Assembly (NCBI GenBank): GCA_963422735.1
Contig: OY730476.1
Coordinates: 448,001-512,000 of the forward strand
Length of the DNA: 64,000 nt
Reading direction: 5' to 3'
Source of the DNA: Candidatus Latescibacterota bacterium
GTDB taxonomy: Bacteria; Latescibacterota; UBA2968; UBA8231
Position numbers and translations under genes: made by a program. The notes below the pieces were generated by a model, which did no database searches, was not told the DNA's origin, and saw only the letters and a program-made list of their open reading frames with translations. Below, in pieces: positions 29,790 to 37,858 of this stretch (position 1 is its first letter; each line of letters opens with the position of its first letter).

Positions 29790-30259
29790 ACGTAGATACG
29801 CTGTACCGTCGCTACGGGCCGATGGTCATGCGTCGTTGTCGGCAGCTTTTGCGCGACGAAGACCAAGCGCTCGACGCCACTCAGGATGTGTTTGTGCGGC
29901 TATTGACGCGGCGCGACCGCCTGCGGGATGACGCGCCCTCCAGCCTGCTCTATCGCATGGCCACCAACCTCTGCCTCAATCGCATCCGCGACACCCGGCG
30001 GCGGAAGACTACGGCCGACTCGACGCTGTTGGAGCAAATAGCCTGCTGGGAGGACGCCGAGGGCCGGATAGAGGCGCGCGCCGTGCTCGCCAAGCTCTTT
30101 GGCCAACAGCGCGAGTCAACGCGCACAATGGCCGTCTTGTACTACGTTGACGGCATGACCTTGGAGGAGGTGGCCAGAGAAGTGGGCATGTCCGTATCCG
30201 GCGTGCGCAAGCGGTTGCTCGGCCTGCGAGCATCGCTGCAAGAGATGGAGAAGCCATGA
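29786..30259 (+). CDS. ECF RNA polymerase sigma factor
   Basis: Region 2 LYRRYGPMV...DATQDVF...LYRMATNLCLN; region 4 DGMTLEEVA.EVGMSVSGVRKRL. Confidence 0.92.
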   Translation: MDVDTLYRRYGPMVMRRCRQLLRDEDQALDATQDVFVRLLTRRDRLRDDAPSSLLYRMATNLCLNRIRDTRRRKTTADSTLLEQIACWEDAEGRIEARAVLAKLFGQQRESTRTMAVLYYVDGMTLEEVAREVGMSVSGVRKRLLGLRASLQEMEKP

Positions 30260-31017
30260 ACCAGCAAGACGAGCGCCCCATAAGTGATTACCAACTAGAG
30301 CGCTACCTGCTGCGCGAGGGTACCGACGACGAGTTGGCGGCTTTGGACCGCCGGTTGGCGGCCGATTTAGAGCTCGCGCAGCGGCTAGCGGCCCTAGAGC
30401 GCTCCAACGAGGAAGTGCATCGGCACTACCCACCCGAATGGATGCGCGGCCAGATCGAGCTAAAACTCAAGCGGACGCAGGGTCGGCGCGTCCAACGAAC
30501 GTGGAGTGGGTATCGCCTTTGGGCCGTGCCGGCTGTGGCCCTGATCCTGGCGGTGGTGGCGGTGCCCACTCTCCTCGACCAAGAAACGCCGGAAGCACCC
30601 GCGCTGCGGGTCAAAGGCAGCGAACAGGAGCCGCGTTTGCTGGTCTTCCGCAAGCTGGCCAGCGGTGCAGAGCGTCTGCAAGACGAAGCCTTGGCCCAAA
30701 GCGGGGACTTGGTGCAGCTCGCCTACCGCTCCGGTGGCTTGCAGTACGGGGCGATTCTGTCCGTCGATGGTCGCGACATCCTAACTCAGCACCTGCCCGC
30801 GACTGGAGCAGAGGCCGTGCCGCTGGCGGAGCAAGATACCCTCGACGTTGCCTACGAACTGGACGACGCGCCGCTGTGGGAGCGGTTTTACTTGGTGGCG
30901 GCCGATCGCCGCTTTGGCTTGGCAGCGATCAAGGCCAAGCTGGCCGCCGGCGATGTGGCGTTGGGTGATGATGTCCGCCTTTTTACCTTCATCCTACGCA
31001 AATCGGAGGCCCCTTAG
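30256..31017 (+). CDS. Membrane anti-sigma factor-like protein (ActD-like / DUF4384-like extracytoplasmic domain)
   Basis: ATGA overlap with the sigma gene; N-terminal LERYLL.E helix, one TM (LWAVPAVALILAVVAV), LRVKG motif, then GD.VQLAY...ILSVDG beta domain. Confidence 0.75.
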   Translation: MNQQDERPISDYQLERYLLREGTDDELAALDRRLAADLELAQRLAALERSNEEVHRHYPPEWMRGQIELKLKRTQGRRVQRTWSGYRLWAVPAVALILAVVAVPTLLDQETPEAPALRVKGSEQEPRLLVFRKLASGAERLQDEALAQSGDLVQLAYRSGGLQYGAILSVDGRDILTQHLPATGAEAVPLAEQDTLDVAYELDDAPLWERFYLVAADRRFGLAAIKAKLAAGDVALGDDVRLFTFILRKSEAP

Positions 31018-31040
31018 CTTATAACCAGCGAGGTATAACT

Positions 31041-31613
31041 ATGGAAGCCGTACTGAACTTTCAGCCCGTTATCGATCTGACCGAAGATCAATTTTTTGAA
31101 TTTTGTCAGCTCAATCGCGATGTGCGTATTGAGCGCAATTCAAAAGGAGAAGTACTAGTTATGCCACCAACGGGAGGAGCAACGGGTGTGCGGAATGCAG
31201 AAGTCACCATGCAGTTGCGCTTATGGGCAAAACAAGATGGCACCGGCGTGGCCTTTGATTCTTCGACCGGATTTGTGCTACCCGACCGCTCTGTCCGCTC
31301 GCCGGATGGCGCGTGGGTTGCGCGGTGGCGGTACGATGCCCTGACCGAGGCGCAAAAGAACAGCTTTCTGCCCCTTTGTCCAGAGTTCGTCATTGAACTC
31401 AAGTCTCCCTCGGATTACTTGCCCTCGTTGCGAACAAAAATGGAAGCATACATTGAAAATGGCACCCAATTGGGCTGGCTCATTGTCCCAGAGCAAAAAA
31501 CCGTAGCGATCTACCGTCCGCAAGTCCCGGTCGCAGCGCAGGAAAACCTCAATGACCTAGCGGCCGGCCCCACCTTGCCGGGATTCGCATTGAAGCTCAG
31601 CGAAATCTGGTAA
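31041..31613 (+). CDS. Uma2-family (DUF820) PD-(D/E)XK endonuclease
   Basis: FDSSTGF.LP...RSPDGAWV, CPEFVIELKSPSD, KMEAYIENG..LGWLI. Confidence 0.92.
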   Translation: MEAVLNFQPVIDLTEDQFFEFCQLNRDVRIERNSKGEVLVMPPTGGATGVRNAEVTMQLRLWAKQDGTGVAFDSSTGFVLPDRSVRSPDGAWVARWRYDALTEAQKNSFLPLCPEFVIELKSPSDYLPSLRTKMEAYIENGTQLGWLIVPEQKTVAIYRPQVPVAAQENLNDLAAGPTLPGFALKLSEIW

Positions 31614-31653
31614 TCGCCCCCCTTAGCCGACAAATCTACAATCTAAAATCTCT

Positions 31654-33717
31654 ATGTTGTCGAGGCTGAGTGGGTTAATCGCGCTTGTAGTTGCGGCGGG
31701 TCTGTTCCAGCCGTCAGCAGCCGAGGTGCGCCGGTTGATCCTCGCTGCGGGAGCCAACAACGGCGGGGTGGATCGCGAACTGTTGCGCTACGCGGCCTCG
31801 GACGCGGAACAATTCGTCGAGGTGTTGCAGGAGATGGGGGGCCTGGACCCGGCCGATGTATTGCTGCTGCGCGATCCCGACCTAGCCGCCTTCGAGAAGG
31901 GGCTGGCCGATCTGGGTCGGCGGGTGCAGGCGGCCAGCCGGCGGGGGGACCGGCTGGAAGTATTGCTTTACTACTCGGGCCACGCCGACGAAGAGGGCTT
32001 GCTGTTGGCCGGCGATCATCTCGGCTATCAGCAGTTACTCGACTCGCTGAAGACGGCCGACGTCGCCGTCCGCATCGCCGTCCTCGACGCCTGCAACTCC
32101 GGGAGCATAACCCGCATCAAGGGAGGCAAGCCACAGCCGCCCTTTTTAGTCGATGAGTCCTTTGACATGCGGGGCTACGCCTTTCTCACGTCGAGTTCAG
32201 CCGATGAGGCGGCGCAGGAATCGGACCTGATCGAAGCGTCTTTTTTTACTCACTATCTAATTTCCGGAATGCGCGGCGCGGCGGACGTTACTGGCGATGG
32301 TCGGGTGACTCTCCACGAGGCGTACCAGTTCGCATTCGACGAGACGCGGGCGCGAACTATTGGGACTGCGGGAGGCACTCAGCACCCAGCCTATGAGGGC
32401 CAGATGCGCGGCACCGGCGGCGTGGTGATGACTCAGGTGCGTCGCAATGCAGCGGGCCTGTTACTAGACGAGGCCCTCGCCGGCCGGATATCTATCCGCA
32501 ATGAGCAGCAGCGCCTAGTCGCCGAACTGAACAAATCCCCGGGTCGGGTGGTCGAGCTGGGATTGATGCCGGGGGCCTATACGCTGTTTTTGGAAACGTG
32601 GGACGCGGACTGGCACTTGGCCGAATTGGTTCTGGCCGAAGGGGGGTTCACCAACGTGAGTACCGGCGACTTTCGCGTCCTGACCCCAGAGGACACTAAG
32701 CTGCGCGGCGGCTCGGGGAGGAGGATTACCTTGGCCTTGGGGCGCCAAATCGAGGTCGCCACCAGCGAGGGCTACACCTTGTCGCTGGGGCTGTTGACCA
32801 ATACGCAGGGCGAGGCGTTCCGCGGCGTCCAGTTCGCTTGGCTGGTCAACCAAGCGCGCGGTCGGACGGGTAGTCAGATCGGCGGGTTGGGCAACTTGGC
32901 ACTCAAAGAGGTTGATGGCTGGCAGGCGGCTGTCGTGGGCCCCAACTGGGCAATGGGGCCTTTGCAAGGTGGACAGGTGGGCTTGATCAACATCGCCTCT
33001 CAGGTGCGTGGCTGGCAAGTGGCGCAAACGACCAACGTTGTCGGCAAAATTCGCGGTTGGCAACTGGCCGGGGTTACCAATTTCGTCGGCGAGGTCAAGG
33101 GCGGTCAGATCGGATTATTGAACGTGGCGAGCGAGGTCAAAGGCTGGCAGGTGGGCTTGGTCAACCTTTCCGGCCACATCGAGGGCGGCCTGCCCATCGG
33201 GTTGATCAACTACTCGCACAGTGGGCTTTTCAGCCTCAGCACTTGGCGCGACGAAGTCGGCTTTACCATGTTCACCCTCGCCTCGGGCAGCCGCTCGTTT
33301 TACACTGCTTTTACTACTGGCTTTGCCGTCCAAGACGGCCAGCGGCGCTGGGCGCTGGGCGTGGGAGGTGGAGTGCAAAAGCGCGGGCGGCGGTTTTGCC
33401 TCGGCCTCGACGTACATAGCTATCGGATCAGTCGCGCCCTCGATGACGATTACAAAGCGGGCATTGGGTTTTGGCCACCCTCAGTGGACTTTGGCCTAGA
33501 CCGATTGGCCCGAGACAACTACTTGGCGCGGATCAAACTTGAGACGGGGGTCTTTTTGCACAGCCGGCTGTCGCTGTTTGGCGGCGTCTCCCTGAACCAA
33601 TTGTGGACCGATGGCCATCTGCGGCTGATCGAGTCGGGTAGCCGCTACGAGAAGGAGTGGAAAGATGGGCTTTTCGCGTGGCCGGGTTTTTTCTTTGGCC
33701 TGCGCTACGGGCGTTAG
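31654..33717 (+). CDS. Exported caspase-family (C14) protease with GxQ..N repeats and a C-terminal beta-strand (outer-membrane-like) domain
   Basis: Signal peptide; YYSGH110 / VLDAC147 dyad; SSSADEAAQESD, FTHYL..G.RGAAD; about seven GWQ/GGQ..N repeats; ends WPGFFFGLRYGR. Confidence 0.85.
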   Translation: MLSRLSGLIALVVAAGLFQPSAAEVRRLILAAGANNGGVDRELLRYAASDAEQFVEVLQEMGGLDPADVLLLRDPDLAAFEKGLADLGRRVQAASRRGDRLEVLLYYSGHADEEGLLLAGDHLGYQQLLDSLKTADVAVRIAVLDACNSGSITRIKGGKPQPPFLVDESFDMRGYAFLTSSSADEAAQESDLIEASFFTHYLISGMRGAADVTGDGRVTLHEAYQFAFDETRARTIGTAGGTQHPAYEGQMRGTGGVVMTQVRRNAAGLLLDEALAGRISIRNEQQRLVAELNKSPGRVVELGLMPGAYTLFLETWDADWHLAELVLAEGGFTNVSTGDFRVLTPEDTKLRGGSGRRITLALGRQIEVATSEGYTLSLGLLTNTQGEAFRGVQFAWLVNQARGRTGSQIGGLGNLALKEVDGWQAAVVGPNWAMGPLQGGQVGLINIASQVRGWQVAQTTNVVGKIRGWQLAGVTNFVGEVKGGQIGLLNVASEVKGWQVGLVNLSGHIEGGLPIGLINYSHSGLFSLSTWRDEVGFTMFTLASGSRSFYTAFTTGFAVQDGQRRWALGVGGGVQKRGRRFCLGLDVHSYRISRALDDDYKAGIGFWPPSVDFGLDRLARDNYLARIKLETGVFLHSRLSLFGGVSLNQLWTDGHLRLIESGSRYEKEWKDGLFAWPGFFFGLRYGR

Positions 33718-33891
33718 ACGGGCCTAAGTGTACTGATTTTCGCAATCGCCAGTTCAGGTCCGCAACGTGGCCATCTCCCCTGAGGCAAGCTTCCAAGCCT
33801 CGCTCAATCATACGACGCATCCGACATAGCCTACCGATAACAAGCTGTATTCGACTGGTTACTTCTTGTAACCTTTTGTCGCAGCAAAAAA

Positions 33892-33958
33892 TCACTGCAC
33901 AGGTAACATCACGTCCCGCCGCAGGTGTTTAAGTAGTACACCGCCAAGCAATACTTGG
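33892..33958 (+). promoter_or_regulatory. Second copy of the ECF-type promoter region
   Basis: Conserved GTAACA, AGGTGTTT and AGTAGTACACCGCCA with identical spacing to copy 1. Confidence 0.6.
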
Positions 33959-33996
33959 TTGCACTTATAGTAGTATTCCGGTGAGGAGGTGAGAAA

Positions 33997-34134
33997 ATGG
34001 CGAAATCAAGTGGTAGTCGCGGTGGCGGTAGAGGCGGAAGCCGTGGAAGTGCCGTCTGGCCCGAAAACAAGCCCAGCACAACGGGCAACCCCTCTGGTAA
34101 AGGCCGAACTAGTGCCCCTCAAAGAAGCAAATGA
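33997..34134 (+). CDS. Unannotated 45-aa Gly/Ser/Arg-rich microprotein (PSTTGNPSGKGR motif)
   Basis: MAKSSGSRGGGRGGSRGSAVWPENKPSTTGNPSGKGRTSAPQRSK*; very strong SD GAGGAGGTGA; below the ORF-track length cutoff. Confidence 0.7.
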   Translation: MAKSSGSRGGGRGGSRGSAVWPENKPSTTGNPSGKGRTSAPQRSK

Positions 34135-34199
34135 TTGGTAGGTGCTGATTGCGGTATTTTTTTGCGGTCAGCACCTACCCCAACAAATGGCTTCATTTG

Positions 34200-34406
34200 T
34201 TACGACGTCACCGAGTCTAACGTCTGACGCTCGTCAAATTCAGACACGGCCTCGACCCATCGGAGCGCGTCGGCTTCCTGAGATCGGTTTAAGCGGGCGA
34301 CTGAGTCGGCTACCCGCCTCCGCACTTTTTCCGACCGAGGATTTGGCAAGGTCATGCGAACCTGACGCTTGCCGGGGATAGCTGCTTTCGCTTGCGATAC
34401 TGGCAT
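34200..34406 (-). CDS. Orphan antitoxin-like small protein (DUF3018 / MazE-like)
   Basis: GKRQVRMTLPNPRSEKVRRRVADSVARL...EADALRWVEAVSE resembles DUF3018; no toxin gene follows. Confidence 0.5.
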   Translation of the reverse strand: MPVSQAKAAIPGKRQVRMTLPNPRSEKVRRRVADSVARLNRSQEADALRWVEAVSEFDERQTLDSVTS

Positions 34407-34420
34407 GGTGGTTCCGACAT

Positions 34421-34690
34421 TCAGCCCGGTAAGCGGGACAAGATGAGCGTACCGAGCGCGATGAGGCTGGCGATTTGGATGCCGATAAGCCAGCGGGTGA
34501 GCGCGTCGATGCGGGCGTTGGTCGCGTCAATGCGGGCGTTGGTCGCGTCAATGCGGCGGCCCATATCGGCAAAGCCGGTCGATTGGCCTTGTTTTATGTC
34601 GTCCAATTGGCGGTCTAACTGCTCGGCGATGCCTTCCAAGCGACCTAGGCGGCGGTCATGGTCTTGGGCTTGCGTAATCGGTTCGCTCAT
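34421..34690 (-). CDS. Small coiled-coil protein with RIDATNA repeats and a C-terminal TM anchor
   Basis: AGGAG SD; RLGRLEG heptads; 21-bp DNA repeats; hydrophobic tail WLIGIQIASLIALGTLIL. Confidence 0.7.
   Translation of the reverse strand: MSEPITQAQDHDRRLGRLEGIAEQLDRQLDDIKQGQSTGFADMGRRIDATNARIDATNARIDALTRWLIGIQIASLIALGTLILSRLPG
34502..34556. repeat. 21-bp tandem repeat x2.6 (coding RIDATNA)
   Basis: CGCGTC(G/A)ATGCGGGCGTTGGT units read directly. Confidence 0.9.
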
Positions 34691-34857
34691 GTCTGCGTCT
34701 CCTAGTATGCGCCGCGGCGTCGTGGGCTATTCGGCGTTGCGCAAAACACGCTCTCGCCCCTCGCGTTCCAAGCATCAGTGCTTCCTACAGCTTCTTTAGG
34801 TAATACAACAGATAGACAAAATTTTTACAAGGGACAGCGACTTCCTCCTCCGCGTCG

Positions 34858-36408
34858 TCAGTTCTTATAGAGGATGACCAACTCGACGTCAGTCAGCAGC
34901 AAGTCGCAGGCAAGTTGGGGATGGCGTTGCAAGAGAACGACGTCTAAGCGATGGAGGCCACAGGCGGCTTGGTCGGCCGTGAGCGCAAAGCGGTGCCAGG
35001 CAGCGGCGCTGACATCGGCAATGGGTTGGGGGTCGCCGCCGTGGCAATAGCTAATATCCGGGTCGGACAAGACTTGGCCGTCCCAGCAGCAGCGGAACTG
35101 GTCGCCAGCGACCCAATCTCGCAGACGCAGACGCAAGGTAATGGTCGCCGGCGGATCCGCGCTCAAGTCGTCGGCAAGGTCGAGGTCGAAGTGGGGGCCG
35201 GTTTCCCGCATGGTCGGGTAGAGGGGGACGGGTAGGGTGCCGCGCAGCCGGTCGTGCTGGTACGCGCCGCGCCAAGCCCCTGTATGCTGGCGGAAGCGGT
35301 GGGTCGCGCTGTAGAGCTTGTCTTGGCGGCGCAGGGTCTGAACCGCGCCCACTTGGGTTAGCAACTCGCGCTTTGAATCGCGGTTGGCGTGCCAGTTGAA
35401 CGCGTATATACCGGTCGCGCCTTGGCGGTGATACTGCATGGCCGTGGCTTTGGTGCGCATGTTGTGGCGGACCGATTCGTCTTCGGGGCCGGCGGCCGGG
35501 CCGGGGACGCCGCCGTCGAACCCTGGATAGAGGGCGATGTCGCTGTCGGCGCACAGGGCGCGGAAGGCACTGACCTCAATGGCTGGATCGGTAGCGGCGG
35601 CACCGGCTGGGATCAGGATATCGACGAGGTTTTCCCCTACCCAAGTTTCCACGTCGTAGCCAATGCGGTGACAGCCCTCGATGGAGCCGGCGACGCGGGC
35701 CGCTAGGTAGAAAGGCCGGCCGCGCTGTTGGGCGAGTTCGTCGGTCAGTTGCCGCGCCGCCCGCATGAAATCGGTGAGGACGTAGCGCAGGCGATAGGCA
35801 TGGTCGGCGGGGAAGTGGAAGGGGTGGCGTTGCCAGTCGAGTTCGACGCCGTCCCAGGGGTAGTTTTGGCAGACTTCTCGCAAGTGCTGGAAGCGATTTT
35901 CGCGCACTTGGGGGATGGCCATATTCCACGACAGGGCGAACCACTCCTCGGTATCCGCGCCGAGCAGCCATTCGGGGTGGTCCTTGCGCAGTTGAGTCAG
36001 CTCGGTGTGGTGCAGGGTCTGGAGGTCGGCTAGCTGAGCGCCGTTGAAGTGATTGTCGTTCATGCGCAGCGAGGCATACACGTGCAGGCCGAGTTGGTGG
36101 CCGCGGTCGATGATGGCCTCTTGGGGGTCTTCGCCTCGCTCCAGCATGCGGCGAATGTTTTCGGTGTGCGCGTAGCTAGCAGCATTCTCGTAGCGGCGTT
36201 GGTGAGTGTCGCCGAGCAGTTCGAGCGCGTCGCTTGGCCAGCGCGTGGCGTGTTCGCCCACGCACCAAAATAGGGCACCGACCTGGGTGTCTTCGAGGGG
36301 GGCGTACGCCTTGTCGAGAAAGGCGTCCATGGACTGGGGAACGGGCGAGTAGCCGTGGGGTGCGCCGTCCCAGTTATAGATGATGCCGTAGTCAGCGGGA
36401 TGGGGCAT
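34858..36408 (-). CDS. Glycoside-hydrolase-like TIM-barrel protein (GHL10-like), no signal peptide
   Basis: IIYNWDG, SLRMND.H, HPEW, YPWDGVELDWQRH, DVETWV.ENLVDILI, GATGIYAFN; AAGGAG SD. Confidence 0.7.
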   Translation of the reverse strand: MPHPADYGIIYNWDGAPHGYSPVPQSMDAFLDKAYAPLEDTQVGALFWCVGEHATRWPSDALELLGDTHQRRYENAASYAHTENIRRMLERGEDPQEAIIDRGHQLGLHVYASLRMNDNHFNGAQLADLQTLHHTELTQLRKDHPEWLLGADTEEWFALSWNMAIPQVRENRFQHLREVCQNYPWDGVELDWQRHPFHFPADHAYRLRYVLTDFMRAARQLTDELAQQRGRPFYLAARVAGSIEGCHRIGYDVETWVGENLVDILIPAGAAATDPAIEVSAFRALCADSDIALYPGFDGGVPGPAAGPEDESVRHNMRTKATAMQYHRQGATGIYAFNWHANRDSKRELLTQVGAVQTLRRQDKLYSATHRFRQHTGAWRGAYQHDRLRGTLPVPLYPTMRETGPHFDLDLADDLSADPPATITLRLRLRDWVAGDQFRCCWDGQVLSDPDISYCHGGDPQPIADVSAAAWHRFALTADQAACGLHRLDVVLLQRHPQLACDLLLTDVELVILYKN

Positions 36409-36475
36409 AGGTCAACTCCTTTGCAGATTGGGGCCAAAGTACGGAGATTGTCAGAGGCGGGCAATGGAGGTAATT

Positions 36476-36691
36476 ATGGCGACAAAGTGGATGCTCTGCA
36501 TGGCGTTGGTCGGTTGCGGCCTGAGCGATCCCCAAGGCCCGGCCGATTTGCCCAAGGATCCGTGGGAGCGAACCGAGCAGCAGCGGCTGGAAGATATTGA
36601 GGAACAATGTAGCGGCCAGCCTTGGGAGCGCGGGCTGCTCTGTCCGCGCAGTGTGGCCGATGCCGATACAACTAAATCTCAAGGCAGATAA
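36476..36691 (+). CDS. Small putative lipoprotein (71 aa)
   Basis: GGAGG SD; MATKWMLCMALVG-C lipobox; two further Cys residues. Confidence 0.6.
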   Translation: MATKWMLCMALVGCGLSDPQGPADLPKDPWERTEQQRLEDIEEQCSGQPWERGLLCPRSVADADTTKSQGR

Positions 36692-36703
36692 AGGAGTCTT
36701 AGG

Positions 36704-37858
36704 ATGGAAGACAACCTACTAGAGGCCGTCGATCCGCAGCGCCTGATCGATACGGCCAAGGAGCTGATTGCGGTGCCCAGCCCAACGCTGGACGCCGGCG
36801 CAGCGGCGGATGCGTTGGCGTCGATATTGGCTGCGGAGGGGTTTGCTGTGGAGCGGCCCCAAGCCGATTGGCCGCAAGCACCAGCCGTGGTCGCTCGTCT
36901 CGACAGCGGCCGGCCCGGGCGAGTGTTGCAATTCGACGGGCACCTAGACACGGTGCATCTGCCCTTTGTGCCACCCAAGGTGGCCGATGGCCAGCTCTAT
37001 GGGTCGGGGGCGTCCGACATGAAGGGAGGAATCGCCGCCTTTGTCGAGGCACTCAGGGCGTTAAAGGATGCGGGCGCACTGACCAAGGGGGCGGTCTTAC
37101 TTACGGCCCACGATCACCACGAAGCGCCGTGGGGCGACCGCCGCCAGCTTTTGGCCTTGATCCGCGAAGACTTCGTCGGCGACGGGGTGCTGTTGCCGGA
37201 GTATCTAGGCGACATGCTGCCGGTCGCCGGTCGCGGGTTAGCCGTGTTTAGCGTGGAGATCAAGCGCGACGGCTCGCCGGTACACGAGGTGCTGCGGCCC
37301 GCCGGGCTACCGGACGTGGTCTCGGCGGGGGCCGAGGTCGTTTTGCGGCTGAACGCACTAAACGAGCATCTGCACACGCAAACCGCGCCCTATGTCGGTA
37401 GCGACACGCTGTTTATCGGCCGGATTGAAGGCGGCCAGCTCTACAACCAAGTGCCAGTCCAATGCCGGGTTGAAGGGACTCGCCGCTGGGTGGCGGCTGG
37501 CGCAGGGCCGGCGGCGCACCGCGAAATCGAGGACCTGCTCGCCGATGTGGCTACAGCCAGCGGTACCCGCATCCGGCTCGCGGATTGGAACATGCCTGGC
37601 GACGCCTTTGCGGTGGATCAAGGCAGCCCGCTGGTAGCTGCGTTCCAGTCCGCGCACGATCGGGTAACGGGGGCACCGCTACCCTTGGGTGGCAAGCCCT
37701 TTATCGATGACGGCAATGTCTTTATGGCTGCCGGGATTGAGGCCCTAACCCACGGTCCTTGCGCCGTGGGGGCGCATACGACCGACGAGGAGGTGTCGGT
37801 GGCCGAGTTGGTACGGGTGGCGAAGGTTTATGCGCTGACGGCGCAGGCGTTTTGCTAA
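36704..37858 (+). CDS. M20/M25/M40-family metallohydrolase (ArgE/DapE-like)
   Basis: FDGHLDTV, LYGSGASDMKGG, HDHHE, GAHTTDE. Confidence 0.85.
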   Translation: MEDNLLEAVDPQRLIDTAKELIAVPSPTLDAGAAADALASILAAEGFAVERPQADWPQAPAVVARLDSGRPGRVLQFDGHLDTVHLPFVPPKVADGQLYGSGASDMKGGIAAFVEALRALKDAGALTKGAVLLTAHDHHEAPWGDRRQLLALIREDFVGDGVLLPEYLGDMLPVAGRGLAVFSVEIKRDGSPVHEVLRPAGLPDVVSAGAEVVLRLNALNEHLHTQTAPYVGSDTLFIGRIEGGQLYNQVPVQCRVEGTRRWVAAGAGPAAHREIEDLLADVATASGTRIRLADWNMPGDAFAVDQGSPLVAAFQSAHDRVTGAPLPLGGKPFIDDGNVFMAAGIEALTHGPCAVGAHTTDEEVSVAELVRVAKVYALTAQAFC

